A stretch of DNA of 54,197 nucleotides. Source: Candidatus Aadella gelida. GTDB taxonomy: Bacteria > Omnitrophota > Gorgyraeia > Tantalellales > Tantalellaceae. The position numbers and the translations under genes were made by a program. The notes under the pieces are model-generated. The model saw only the letters and a list, made by a program, of their open reading frames with translations, did not search any database and had not been told where the DNA came from. Where the stretch lies: the NCBI GenBank assembly GCA_030765205.1, contig JAVCDB010000008.1, forward strand, positions 1-54,197, written 5' to 3'. This document shows, piece after piece, positions 19,639-30,780 of the stretch. The stretch's first letter is position 1, and every line of letters begins with the position of its first letter.

Positions 19639-20604
19639 ATGAATAAGCACCGAACCAAAGACAAAATTGACGCCGAACTTTCAAAAACGTATTTCGGCAA
19701 TGCCTTAAGGACTATAGACCTTGATAGCGATTCTTTAAGCGTAAGGAAAAACACCTCCTCCGTGGAGAAAAACACTATAAAGGAGAAAAACACTATAAAA
19801 AATGACAAACCCTCTCCCGGGAAAAGGCGGTCACTGCTAATAGGCGCACTCCTTTTGACGGGTAAATTGCGTCCCTTTTTTATATCCATCATTCTTCTGG
19901 CAACATTGTCCCTTGCTATTATACTTTTCATATCGCACAATCGCATGATATTCGATTTCAATATAAACGTTAAACCTGTGAACAAGGAGCTTTTAACTGC
20001 CCCATCTTCTCCGGTCGAGGGATCAAACATACAAATTACTGCACCTGGTAGCACCGTTATCTCATATGCAAAAGAGCCTCTAGTTACCGAAAAAACACTT
20101 TATGATTTTGAGAATGGAGAAGATGGTTGGGAAATACCTTTTTGGGCGACCGAAAAGCCTGATCACGTGGCCTTATCCATAGCATCTATCAACAATATAT
20201 CTTCGAATGGTGAAAGCAGTATTGGTATCTATGCCGAATTTTTACCTGGCCGGTGGTCTGCCGCATTAATAGAAACCCAGCATTATCTTGATCTGAGTGA
20301 CTATAATTCAATATCGGCAATGGTATACCTTCCTCCCGACGCGATTGACCGGTTAAGTTGTGAGCTCATATTTACTGTCGGTGACGATTGGCGGTTTGTT
20401 GAAATGGCTCGCAAAGTGAAATTAGTACCCGGGAAATGGACGATCGTAGAAGCGGACATCTCTGAAGGAAGCATAGACTGGAAACGAACCTTAATCGATA
20501 ATGATTTCAAAAAAGATATACGCAAGATCTCGTTAAGAGTAACATCCGACGGAAAACCCCATTCAGGACTTATCTATGTAGACGAGATCAAGGTCTCTCC
20601 CTAA
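19639..20604 (+). CDS. Membrane-anchored carbohydrate-binding module protein (mannanase-associated CBM-like jelly roll)
   Basis: Basic N-terminus, one TM, then TLYDFENG..GW, DLSDYNSI, PGKWTIV, IYVDEIKV beta-sandwich pattern; no catalytic domain. Confidence 0.65.
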   Translation: MNKHRTKDKIDAELSKTYFGNALRTIDLDSDSLSVRKNTSSVEKNTIKEKNTIKNDKPSPGKRRSLLIGALLLTGKLRPFFISIILLATLSLAIILFISHNRMIFDFNINVKPVNKELLTAPSSPVEGSNIQITAPGSTVISYAKEPLVTEKTLYDFENGEDGWEIPFWATEKPDHVALSIASINNISSNGESSIGIYAEFLPGRWSAALIETQHYLDLSDYNSISAMVYLPPDAIDRLSCELIFTVGDDWRFVEMARKVKLVPGKWTIVEADISEGSIDWKRTLIDNDFKKDIRKISLRVTSDGKPHSGLIYVDEIKVSP

Positions 20605-20653
20605 CATCTTTTATCTGACATACAGAAATAACTTGCTGCACATACTTCTTTTT

Positions 20654-21664
20654 CTATTTCCCAAAAAGATCTTCCGGAGAGTCTTTTTCTGAGGAAGCCT
20701 CACCTTTCCAAAGTTCGTCAGCAGCAGGCTTTATATAATATTTGCGCCCTTTTATAAAAACAAAGTTACTCCACACTTTGCCCTCTTCTTGCTGGGAAAC
20801 TTGTATCTCTTTTATAGCATTTGCCTGTGACACCAATTCATCTGTCTGATACACTATCGTAGCTTCCAGCGTTTTTGGAAGTACCGGTGACTGCTGCTCA
20901 TATTCTCCATGATGACTAAGTATAATATGCTCTAATCTGAGCCGGAGATCATCCGGAAACCCGTCTATTTTAGAGATCTTTTCGTTTAATATCCTGTACC
21001 CTATGGTTATGTGTCCCAAGAGTCCACCTTCTATGGTGTACTCCTGTTTCTTAATATCCAATTCAAATATCTTCCCTATATCGTGGATAAAAGAACCTAG
21101 GCTGATAATGTCCCTGTCGGCTTCAGGATAAAGATCACATACTTTCACGGCTATATACATAACGTCGTATGTATGTTCCATCAATCCACCGATATAAGCC
21201 CCATGCCAACTCTTTCCTCCAAGTCCTTCCTTGAACTTATTTATCAGATCTTCATCACCCGTAAATTCGCGTGCCAACGATAGTATCCATGGGTTTTTTA
21301 TGTCTTCGAGCTGCGTCAAGATATCGCTGTATATCCTATCCCTGCCCTCAGCTATCCTTACCATATCTTCGAAGGTAAATGCCCTATCATCAGCTTTTTC
21401 TATCGAATCTATCTTGAGCTGTTTTTCTTCGCGGTACTTATCCACGGTCCCAACAACATGTATCACATCTCCGGTCTCTGCGGCTTCATTGAATTTATCC
21501 GCATTATCCCATAACCGCCCCTCGATCTTACCTGTCTTATCCGCAAGACCTATCTCCAGATACGGTTTGTCATGTTTAGTAAGTTTAAGATCTTTTTTTC
21601 TTAAAATGAAATACGAATTTACCCGTTCATTCACTTTAAGATCACTTATAAATTTCTTCTCCAT
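20654..21664 (-). CDS. yhaM: 3'-5' exoribonuclease YhaM family (OB fold + HD domain)
   Basis: OB fold (PYL..LADKTGKIEGRLW), HGAYIGGLMEHT, HDIGK, ILSHHG. Confidence 0.88.
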   Translation of the reverse strand: MEKKFISDLKVNERVNSYFILRKKDLKLTKHDKPYLEIGLADKTGKIEGRLWDNADKFNEAAETGDVIHVVGTVDKYREEKQLKIDSIEKADDRAFTFEDMVRIAEGRDRIYSDILTQLEDIKNPWILSLAREFTGDEDLINKFKEGLGGKSWHGAYIGGLMEHTYDVMYIAVKVCDLYPEADRDIISLGSFIHDIGKIFELDIKKQEYTIEGGLLGHITIGYRILNEKISKIDGFPDDLRLRLEHIILSHHGEYEQQSPVLPKTLEATIVYQTDELVSQANAIKEIQVSQQEEGKVWSNFVFIKGRKYYIKPAADELWKGEASSEKDSPEDLFGK

Positions 21665-21676
21665 AATTGCTCCCTG

Positions 21677-24600
21677 TTAATGCTCCCAACATATGTTAAC
21701 ATACTCGCAATGCCCGCATCGCCCTTTATCATCTCTTTCAGGTAACTTATCAAATTTTAAGGCCTTTATGTTTTTAAAACAGTCTAGTATAACCTCTTCT
21801 AGTTCGAGAACCATCTCATCCGTAAGATCTACCGTTATTTTTTTATAGTCGCCTTTTTCGAGATCGTATTTTTTCACTGTGACCCCAACGGGTTCAAGGA
21901 ATTGTAACACGCCTTTTTCCACCGCTCCCTTACCTTTGGTCTTGGCCGACCTTTCATACAAAAGTTTGTACGCTACAACTTGCCGATAATAATCATCACA
22001 TTCGGTATTAGAAAGATCCTTTTTTGTTGCCATCGCTTTGACATGCTTATCGGGTTTACCGGTTTTGTAATCCACGACTTTTATCTTACCCGGCGAGTCT
22101 TCTTCTATCTTATCGAAAGTCCCCCGAAAAAAATGTCCTCCGGGTAAAGTTATTTCCAGCTTATTTTCAAGAGCTACCGGCACAACCGGAAATTTTTCTT
22201 CACGCTCGTACCAAGTTTTCAGTGTCTCCAGCCTATCCTGACACCATGTCTTTATCTCTTTATTCGCACCTTGATACTCAAGTTCTGAGGTGAATACTTT
22301 CTTGAACCGTTCAAATTTAGGGAAGTCACCTTTCTCCATAAAGATCCCGTATACATCTTCAAGTGCTTTATGCGCGCAATTACCAAAAATAAGATGCTGG
22401 TTCTTTTTCCCGGGCAATCTTAACACGTTATCATAAAGAAACTTACGCCTGCATGCGATATAATTGTTCAAACTGGTGGGGTTAAGTGTTATTCCCGATA
22501 CGATATCTTTAAGCACATCTTCCGTTCCAACAAAAGGATCATTTTCTTTTTTAGTACTCAAATATTCTTTAAGAAACTTCTCTTCATCTTTAGGAGACCC
22601 CTGCTGTGCCTCTATATCAATATATCCCAAGAAGGGACTCGTAATAACCTTTTCTGCGGGTGCGGAAGTATATACAAGATGTGCTTTCGCGCGCGTAGAT
22701 GCTACATAGAAAAGCCGCAGTTCATCATAAAGATCTAAGAGTTTAATTTTCTTTTTTTCGTCCACCCTTTCCTTGCTTTTATAGATACTATACGGAAGAG
22801 GAACAACATCGGGTTTTCGTCGCAAGGGCCAGCTTTTCTGCTGAAGACAGAACGGCAGAAAAACGGCATAGAATTCCAATCCTTTAGCTTTATGCGTAGT
22901 GTATACTCGCACCCCGTCCTGGCTGAGTGTCGCGAGTTCCCCTTGAACCGGCATTCCATGTATTTCTCTTAGCTCCATCTCTTTCATGAACTCGTCAAGG
23001 TTGAGTGCCGGATTAGCGAGATCTGCTTTCTTTACCATGTTAATAAAAGATACCAGTGATCTGAGTTCCCTTATTCTGATCACTTTATCCTTTGAGTATC
23101 TTTCAAGTATAAATCCATATATCCCCGAATCCTCTATGTACCTCATGATAAGGTCGTGTACAGGACGATTGTTCCCGCCTGAAGTCATCCTGCTGATAGC
23201 CCAGGACGCCACATGCAAGGCATGTGGGTTTTTTAATTTCAATTCTTCCGTAATACTCAAATTAGCTGAATCTTTTTCACTGGGCCTTAAGAATGCACCG
23301 TCATTATCCTTATCAAACTGTCCGAAACATTCCTGAAACTGTTGAAATAACCCGAATTTGGCATTGTTCGCCGCCCCGTGATCGCTTGATGAAGATTTCG
23401 CTTTTAAAACATACCCCATAAAACTTAAAACATCCGAATGTACTGCTCCAATATAATCAGAGGTAAGCATTCGGTAAAGGAGCAAGGACCTTTTCTGATA
23501 GTCCTCACTACCGCATGCCGCAAGTTCAAGAACATCCAGTATCTGACGAACGCGTTTTTCGCTTCGTATATCCTCGGCCCCGTCAGTAGCATAGGGCACA
23601 CCTGCCTTAAGCAGTGCATCTATCACTTTTATTATATGCGCACGTTTTCGTACCAGTATCGCTATATTATTGAAAGGTTTTTCTCTTTCTTCCTGTGATA
23701 AACACTTATCCCTCTTTATATGGTCAACACAACGTACTATTTCTTTCACAATAAACCCTAGTTCTTCTTCTTCGGTGCAAAATTCCGTAATGCTGACGTT
23801 TCCGGATCCATAAGTCTTTTTACTTTTAAGTTCTTTTCCTGTTATACGCTCGTCTACAGGAAGTTTAGAGATTATACTCCCCGAAATGTCGGCTATCTCT
23901 TGGGTAGAACGATAATTGTTCTCTAGTGAAACTTGTTTAAGGGAAGGAAGTTTTTCCTTAAGCACTCTAAAATTGGAAAGTGTAGCTCCCTGAAACCTGT
24001 ATATCGCTTGATCGTCATCTCCCACACAACACACATTGGAAGACGCAGGGTCCAGTATGGAAAAAAGAAGTTCTAATTGAGCGCCATTGGTATCCTGATA
24101 TTCATCCACCATTATATACTTGTACTGTTCTCTAAACTGCTCACGTAGATCTTTATCATTTTTTAATGCCTCTATTGCGAACAGTATCATATCATCGTAA
24201 TCCAAGCGTCCCCTATCGTCAAAAAGAACGCTGCATTCTTCATCTTTCAGCTTTTCGTATTTTTCATACATAACCGATAAAGCTTTTAGACGGCTCACAT
24301 GTTTATCCTCCACATTTACCCCGTCAGGGATAAGCCCTTTAAGTTCGGCAAAAAAAGTTTGCGGAGAGATTCCTTCGTTCTTGAGCTCGCTTATACGCTT
24401 TTCTATTTCCCTGCGGTGTATGTATGGCGCTCCAAACGGCCGAAGACCTTCCGCTCCCTGAACATTATCAAGCATATATTCTAGAGCTCTCACTTTCTCG
24501 ATCTCACCTATCTCGATCTTCTCTTTAACATATTTTATAGCCTCTTCTGATTCAAGAACAATAGAATTGGCAAAGCTGTGGAATGTTTCGACGGTTACGT

Positions 24601-24859
24601 TGTACCCATCTTGCCCTATAATAAGAGCCAGACGTTCCCTCATGGCCCTTGTAGCGGCATTAGTGAAAGTAAGTATAAGAATATTTTCAGGATCGATCTT
24701 TTTCTTGTTTAGGATGTTCGCGGCCCTTACGGCAAGAAGCTGCGTTTTACCCGTTCCGGGACCGGCCAGGACCAGTAAAGGACCGTCTGTTGTATCAACG
24801 GCTGTTTTCTGTTCAGTATTTAGCAGCTTATAATATTCTTTAAATTTCTCGGTTTGCAT
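21677..24859 (-). CDS. UvrD/PcrA-like helicase fused to Fe-S PD-(D/E)xK nuclease (AddA/AdnB-like)
   Basis: AGPGTGKT, VDEYQD, GDDDQAIY, NYRS, HKAKGLEF, YVASTRAK; C-terminal GTFDKI..VVDYKTG and C...CxxCxxxxxC. Confidence 0.9.
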   Translation of the reverse strand: MQTEKFKEYYKLLNTEQKTAVDTTDGPLLVLAGPGTGKTQLLAVRAANILNKKKIDPENILILTFTNAATRAMRERLALIIGQDGYNVTVETFHSFANSIVLESEEAIKYVKEKIEIGEIEKVRALEYMLDNVQGAEGLRPFGAPYIHRREIEKRISELKNEGISPQTFFAELKGLIPDGVNVEDKHVSRLKALSVMYEKYEKLKDEECSVLFDDRGRLDYDDMILFAIEALKNDKDLREQFREQYKYIMVDEYQDTNGAQLELLFSILDPASSNVCCVGDDDQAIYRFQGATLSNFRVLKEKLPSLKQVSLENNYRSTQEIADISGSIISKLPVDERITGKELKSKKTYGSGNVSITEFCTEEEELGFIVKEIVRCVDHIKRDKCLSQEEREKPFNNIAILVRKRAHIIKVIDALLKAGVPYATDGAEDIRSEKRVRQILDVLELAACGSEDYQKRSLLLYRMLTSDYIGAVHSDVLSFMGYVLKAKSSSSDHGAANNAKFGLFQQFQECFGQFDKDNDGAFLRPSEKDSANLSITEELKLKNPHALHVASWAISRMTSGGNNRPVHDLIMRYIEDSGIYGFILERYSKDKVIRIRELRSLVSFINMVKKADLANPALNLDEFMKEMELREIHGMPVQGELATLSQDGVRVYTTHKAKGLEFYAVFLPFCLQQKSWPLRRKPDVVPLPYSIYKSKERVDEKKKIKLLDLYDELRLFYVASTRAKAHLVYTSAPAEKVITSPFLGYIDIEAQQGSPKDEEKFLKEYLSTKKENDPFVGTEDVLKDIVSGITLNPTSLNNYIACRRKFLYDNVLRLPGKKNQHLIFGNCAHKALEDVYGIFMEKGDFPKFERFKKVFTSELEYQGANKEIKTWCQDRLETLKTWYEREEKFPVVPVALENKLEITLPGGHFFRGTFDKIEEDSPGKIKVVDYKTGKPDKHVKAMATKKDLSNTECDDYYRQVVAYKLLYERSAKTKGKGAVEKGVLQFLEPVGVTVKKYDLEKGDYKKITVDLTDEMVLELEEVILDCFKNIKALKFDKLPERDDKGRCGHCEYVNICWEH

Positions 24860-24861
24860 TG

Positions 24862-24949
24862 GAGTTTGTCGTGTTTATTAGGTTTGTTGGGTTTGTTAGG
24901 TTATCTTGCCCGAGGTTCCGCGTCCTTCGTCCCTCATCTTTCGTCCTTC
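24862..24949. repeat. 9-nt array followed by 7-nt array
   Basis: GAGTTTGTC GTGTTTATT AGGTTTGTT GGGTTTGTT; then GTCCTTC GTCCCTC ATCTTTC GTCCTTC (24922-24949). Confidence 0.75.
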
Positions 24950-24953
24950 CAAC

Positions 24954-25559
24954 CTATCCCCTCGATATTTGGAATATAGCATTCAACGCCAAAAGGTTCG
25001 GCAGGATCTTAACCTCTTTCTTCTCGCATAAGAAAACACTTTTTTTTATGACTATGTTCTCTTTAGAACAAAACCTTTCAAAATCCTTTATGCTAAGAAA
25101 ATGGAGATTAGGAGTATCATACCAAGAATACGGCAAAGATGGTGTAAGAGGCACGTGCCCACCGAAAAAAAGCTGAACTCTTGCCTTTATATAACAAAAG
25201 TTAGGAAACCCTATGATAACCGTTTTCCCTATTCTCAAAGCTTCTTGTATTGCGTCTTTAGGGCGATGTACCTGCTGCATCGTCTGGTTGAATATAACAT
25301 AGTCAAAAAGTCCGTCGGGATACTCTTTGAGTCCCGTATCAATATCTCCTTGAGACACGCTAAGTCCTTTTTCAACGCACTGATAAATAGCCTGTTCGCT
25401 TATCTCGACACCGGTCCCGTCGGCTTCTTTGCTGGAAACAAGATATTCCAACAGTTCCCCGGCCCCACAACCCATATCAAGAACTTTGGAACCTCTTGAG
25501 ACCATTTCACCTATGATCCTATGATCGCATCTTAATTCTTCTTTTATTTTACTAGTCAT
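24954..25559 (-). CDS. metW: Methionine biosynthesis protein MetW
   Basis: [12 protein letters not shown]-binding motif, [16 protein letters not shown]; downstream of metX. Confidence 0.93.
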   Translation of the reverse strand: MTSKIKEELRCDHRIIGEMVSRGSKVLDMGCGAGELLEYLVSSKEADGTGVEISEQAIYQCVEKGLSVSQGDIDTGLKEYPDGLFDYVIFNQTMQQVHRPKDAIQEALRIGKTVIIGFPNFCYIKARVQLFFGGHVPLTPSLPYSWYDTPNLHFLSIKDFERFCSKENIVIKKSVFLCEKKEVKILPNLLALNAIFQISRG

Positions 25560-26707
25560 ATTTCTTTCTCTAACTTTTTCTTTGTGTTTTCCAAGAAATG
25601 TTTCACAAGTTTGGTTTCCTCCTCAAACTCCAAAAGAAACGCATCGTGTCCGTACTCCGAGCTTATTTCACAATATGTTACATTGATCCCGTTCATTTTA
25701 AGCGCTTTCGATATCTCCTTTGACTGAAACGGCGGATAAAGCCAATCCGAACTGAACGCTATTATCAAAAATCGGGTCTTTACTCCCTTGAAAGTTTGCT
25801 GCAGACTATTATTTTTCTGTATATCAAAATAATCCATCGCTTTCGTAAGATAAAGATACGAATTAGCATCGAACCTTTTAACAAAACTATCACTCCTATA
25901 CCTTAAGTATCCTTCGATTTCGAATTCAGTCGAAAATTCATATCCTAATTTTTCTTTTTTCAGCATACGGCCGAATTTTTTTTCCATGGAATCATTGCTC
26001 ATATACGTTATATGTCCTATCATACGCGCAACCGCCAAACCCGCCGAAGGATGTTCTTTCTCATAATAATCTCCCCCGTTCCACGCCGGGTCAGACATAA
26101 TCGCCTGTCTGCCAACCTCATCAAATGCTATCTGCTGGGCAGAATGCTTGTATGTTGTCGCTATGGGCATACAAGAAAACGTCATTTCGGGGTAAGACAC
26201 TGCCCATTGAAGAGCCTGCAGGCCCCCCATTGACCCCCCGCATACGGCGAGTAGTTTTTCTATTCCTAAATGCTCGACCAGCTCTTTCTGAGCGTCTACC
26301 ATATCTTTGATGGAAACTATCGGGAAACTTAATCCGTAAGGTTTACCTGTAGAAGGATCTATAGAATTCGGCCCGCTTGAACCTTTACATCCTCCCACGA
26401 CATTAGAACATATGACATAATATTTATCGGTATCAAATGCTTTCCCCGGACCGATCATTTCATCCCACCAACCGGGTTTCTTTTCTCCGGGATGGTATCC
26501 CGCAGCATGTGCATCTCCCGATAAGGCATGGCAGACAAGAACGGCATTGGTCTTTTTACTATTGAGCTCACCATAAGCTTCATATGCCAGTTTGAGACCT
26601 TTAAGCTCTATCCCGCTTTCCAGAACAAATTTCTTATCATCAGGAAGATTAAAGTATTTTGTCCCCACTTCCCCTAATCCAGCTTTATCTTTTTTCTTTT
26701 CAACCAT
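25556..26707 (-). CDS. metX: Homoserine O-acetyltransferase
   Basis: [15 protein letters not shown] nucleophile, [15 protein letters not shown]. Confidence 0.95.
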   Translation of the reverse strand: MVEKKKDKAGLGEVGTKYFNLPDDKKFVLESGIELKGLKLAYEAYGELNSKKTNAVLVCHALSGDAHAAGYHPGEKKPGWWDEMIGPGKAFDTDKYYVICSNVVGGCKGSSGPNSIDPSTGKPYGLSFPIVSIKDMVDAQKELVEHLGIEKLLAVCGGSMGGLQALQWAVSYPEMTFSCMPIATTYKHSAQQIAFDEVGRQAIMSDPAWNGGDYYEKEHPSAGLAVARMIGHITYMSNDSMEKKFGRMLKKEKLGYEFSTEFEIEGYLRYRSDSFVKRFDANSYLYLTKAMDYFDIQKNNSLQQTFKGVKTRFLIIAFSSDWLYPPFQSKEISKALKMNGINVTYCEISSEYGHDAFLLEFEEETKLVKHFLENTKKKLEKEI

Positions 26708-26742
26708 ATGCTTCCTTGAAATATTGTCAGTTAACTCATTTA

Positions 26743-27675
26743 TCAGTCCAAATAATCTTCAAAAAGCCATGTACTTAAATATCGTTCTCCTGAATCCGGA
26801 AGTATCGTCACTATAAACTTATCTTTAGACTCTTCTCTTGAAGCTAGAGCTATAGCTGCCGCTACATTGGCCCCACCCGAGATCCCCACCAGTAATCCTT
26901 CTTCCCTAGCAAGTCTGCGGGCATATATTCCGGCATCTTCGTCAGAGACGGTTATTATCTCATCTATTAGTTCTTTTTTCAAGACATTAGGAATAAATCC
27001 TGCGCCTATCCCTTGTATTTTATGAGGCCCGGGATCTCCTCCCGAAAGAACCTGTGAATTTTCGGGTTCAACACCTATTATTTTGATCTCCGATTTTTTT
27101 TCTTTTAAGACTTCCGCGACACCGGTAATCGTCCCGCCTGTACCTATCCCCGCCACAAAAATGTCAACACTCCCGTCTGTATCTTCCCATATCTCTTGCG
27201 CAGTAGTTTCTCTATGTATCCTGGGATTAGCTTCATTCTCGAACTGTTGGGGCATAAAAGAGTTCTTGGTACTTTTCACAAGTTCTTCAGCTTTTTCGAC
27301 CGCTCCCTTCATTCCTTTCTCTCCGGGCGTAAGAACAAGCTCCGCACCTAATATTTTTAAAAGAGCCCTTCTCTCCATGCTCATAGTGTCAGGCATGGTA
27401 AGGATAAGTTTATATCCTTTTGCCGCGCAGACAAAAGCAAGAGCTATCCCCGTATTCCCGCTGGTAGGCTCTATAACAACCGAATCCTTCCGGAGACTCC
27501 CTGTCTTCTCAGCATCCTCTATCATCGCCACACCAATACGGTCCTTAACACTTGCTAACGGATTAAAGAACTCAGCCTTTACAATTATGTTTCCTGGCAA
27601 GCCTTTGCCAACCTTATTAAGACGTATCAAAGGCGTTTTACCCGTTGTTTTTGTTATATCATCGTATATCTTCAT
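26743..27675 (-). CDS. cysK: Cysteine synthase A
   Basis: [14 protein letters not shown] lysine, [26 protein letters not shown]; ATG 27675 with AGGAG SD. Confidence 0.96.
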   Translation of the reverse strand: MKIYDDITKTTGKTPLIRLNKVGKGLPGNIIVKAEFFNPLASVKDRIGVAMIEDAEKTGSLRKDSVVIEPTSGNTGIALAFVCAAKGYKLILTMPDTMSMERRALLKILGAELVLTPGEKGMKGAVEKAEELVKSTKNSFMPQQFENEANPRIHRETTAQEIWEDTDGSVDIFVAGIGTGGTITGVAEVLKEKKSEIKIIGVEPENSQVLSGGDPGPHKIQGIGAGFIPNVLKKELIDEIITVSDEDAGIYARRLAREEGLLVGISGGANVAAAIALASREESKDKFIVTILPDSGERYLSTWLFEDYLD

Positions 27676-27711
27676 ACTATCTCCTTTTTTCATATAGGTT
27701 ACAGCATATTT

Positions 27712-27802
27712 GACCATTGACTATGGACAATTGACTATTGTCTTTTTAAAATTTTTCGAAGAAAAATTTTGGTCTATGGTCCATTGTCAATAGTCTATAG
27801 TC
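27712..27802. repeat. Inverted heptamer arrays around a central palindrome (long hairpin)
   Basis: GACCATT GACTATG GACAATT GACTATT - AAAATTTTTC GAA GAAAAATTTT - TATGGTC CATTGTC AATAGTC TATAGTC. Confidence 0.85.
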
Positions 27803-27821
27803 CAACATCTCTTCTGTCTCC

Positions 27822-29135
<1,314 letters not shown>

Positions 29136-29161
29136 TTATTACTGCCAAGCTACGAAAAATC

Positions 29162-29596
29162 CTATATCGTATAGCTTAACCCTTTCTCATTGACCTTTTC
29201 CTTAACAGAAAGTAAAAGATCCTTTATTTTTATATCTTTGAACTCTTGTGAAATTTTTTCTTCCATATCCATATTTATATCTTCGATTATTTCATCAATG
29301 ACTTTCCTTCTTGTTTCCGTATTAAGTGGCATGATATCAAGTTTTTTCCCCGACATGTATAGTATGTCCAGCAAAGTACTTTCAGAGACATCAGCCAGCA
29401 ACCGGTATCCCCCATTAGGCCCTCTTTTACTCGTCAATATCCCCTTATTTTTGAGCAGCAATAGTACCTGCTCAAGCACTTTTTCGGATATATTCAATCT
29501 CCCGGATATTTCTTTTATAGAAAAAGAATCTCTCTTCCCGAAAGAAAAAAATAGCACAATTTTGAGTATGTAATATCCCGTCTTACCAATAAGCAT
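29162..29596 (-). CDS. Rrf2 family transcriptional regulator (CymR-like)
   Basis: ISEKVLEQVLLLLK..G.LTSKRGPNGGYRL winged HTH; no Fe-S cysteines; heads the cys/met operon. Confidence 0.88.
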   Translation of the reverse strand: MLIGKTGYYILKIVLFFSFGKRDSFSIKEISGRLNISEKVLEQVLLLLKNKGILTSKRGPNGGYRLLADVSESTLLDILYMSGKKLDIMPLNTETRRKVIDEIIEDINMDMEEKISQEFKDIKIKDLLLSVKEKVNEKGLSYTI

Positions 29597-29610
29597 AATT
29601 CTCCTTTTTC

Positions 29611-29655
29611 TCTATAGACAATGTGTAGAATACTATGTGCAATGTATTTTGTCAA
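29611..29655 (-). promoter_or_regulatory. Promoter of the rrf2-met/cys operon with overlapping imperfect palindrome (putative operator)
   Basis: TTGACA-N17-TATTCT; TCTACA-N7-TATAGA dyad at 29611-29629 overlaps -10/TSS. Confidence 0.6.
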
Positions 29656-29656
29656 T

Positions 29657-29702
29657 AAAAAACAGGGAACAGTTCCCATTTAATAAAAGGCAACTATCCC
29701 CT
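29657..29702 (-). terminator. Intrinsic terminator after metallophosphoesterase gene
   Basis: Minus strand AGGGGATAGTTGCC...GGGAACTGTTCCCT followed by a U-tract. Confidence 0.7.
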
Positions 29703-29734
29703 ACTTTGGCTTTACAAACTTTCTTAAACTATTC

Positions 29735-30745
29735 TTATTGAGTCCAATATTCCCTGTCATTTAACCCGGAAACTCTTAAGGGTTCTATCTTTTTATTGGT
29801 GCCCACAACATACCCGGTTCCATAAAAGTTTCGGATCCAATAAACGGCTTCTTTCCAAAAATAATATGTTACATATTCCCAGAAAGGTGGAGATATTTTT
29901 CTTACTTCATATGTAACATAATCATTGTTCACCATAACTCGCACATAATGCAGAAATCCCCCGTCTTTTTCAGGGATCTCTATAAGCATTCCCCCTCCTC
30001 CGGTAACAATATGTTCTACCCCATCAAATGTTTCCGCTTTGAACATATGTTTGTGACCGGAAAAAGCCATATCAACTTTATATTGTCCGCAAAGCTTCCT
30101 AAATCTATACGCCCATGGACTGTTATCCATATTATACCATTCCTGCTGATATGGATCATAAGGCGGCTTATGCATAGTCACAAAGATGTGATCATATTCC
30201 TGACCCTCAACAAGTTTTTCTTCAAACCAAGAAAACTGTTCTTCGGAAAGATTCCCTTCTTCGTTATCCAAAACTATGAAAAAAGAATTCCTGTTCACAA
30301 AAGTAAATTCTTTTTCTCCAAGAAATTCCTGAAAAAGTTCCCTGTCATCATGATTCCCTATCGCAGAAACCACAGGATACTTTATAAGGTCTAAGATCTT
30401 CTCGTAATCCTTAAAATGCCGTCTGGCCCCATTAAGAGTAACATCCCCGACATTCATAGCAAAATCTATCGGGATCTTACGAAATCTATCTTCGCGGTTC
30501 ATGTGCCAGATCTCTTTTAATGTCGCAGCATCATTGAATATCAAACCCGAGTGATTATCTCCAAACACTATGAATGAAAAATATGAGCCCTCATTTTTCC
30601 CTAGTTCCTTTATTACCTCGGAATTCTTTTCCGTTTTTTCAGGACGTGGAGTTATCCAGAACCTCACTATCGGAAGAAAAGAATACAAGAACATCACAAC
30701 GAATGTCCATACTATTACTTTTTTATAATTGATCCTTTGTAACAT
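29735..30745 (-). CDS. Membrane-anchored calcineurin-like metallophosphoesterase
   Basis: GDNH, GDVT, GNHD, HKPP, GHKH motifs; N-terminal TM. Confidence 0.9.
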   Translation of the reverse strand: MLQRINYKKVIVWTFVVMFLYSFLPIVRFWITPRPEKTEKNSEVIKELGKNEGSYFSFIVFGDNHSGLIFNDAATLKEIWHMNREDRFRKIPIDFAMNVGDVTLNGARRHFKDYEKILDLIKYPVVSAIGNHDDRELFQEFLGEKEFTFVNRNSFFIVLDNEEGNLSEEQFSWFEEKLVEGQEYDHIFVTMHKPPYDPYQQEWYNMDNSPWAYRFRKLCGQYKVDMAFSGHKHMFKAETFDGVEHIVTGGGGMLIEIPEKDGGFLHYVRVMVNNDYVTYEVRKISPPFWEYVTYYFWKEAVYWIRNFYGTGYVVGTNKKIEPLRVSGLNDREYWTQ

Positions 30746-30780
30746 TTTTCCTCTCTTTTGCTGCTGCGGGATGACCCGTA

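Noticed and set aside
19764-19799. 18-bp tandem duplication (EKNTIK x2) in the CBM gene
   Set aside because: In-frame duplication in a probably disordered linker; no evidence of function
21677-24859. Anti-phage defence island (helicase-nuclease)
   Set aside because: Housekeeping neighbourhood, no compositional shift evident by eye and no partner defence genes; a repair role is more parsimonious
29597-29734. SAM riboswitch or T-box upstream of the met/cys operon
   Set aside because: No consensus motifs; the promoter lies only about 30 nt from the Rrf2 start
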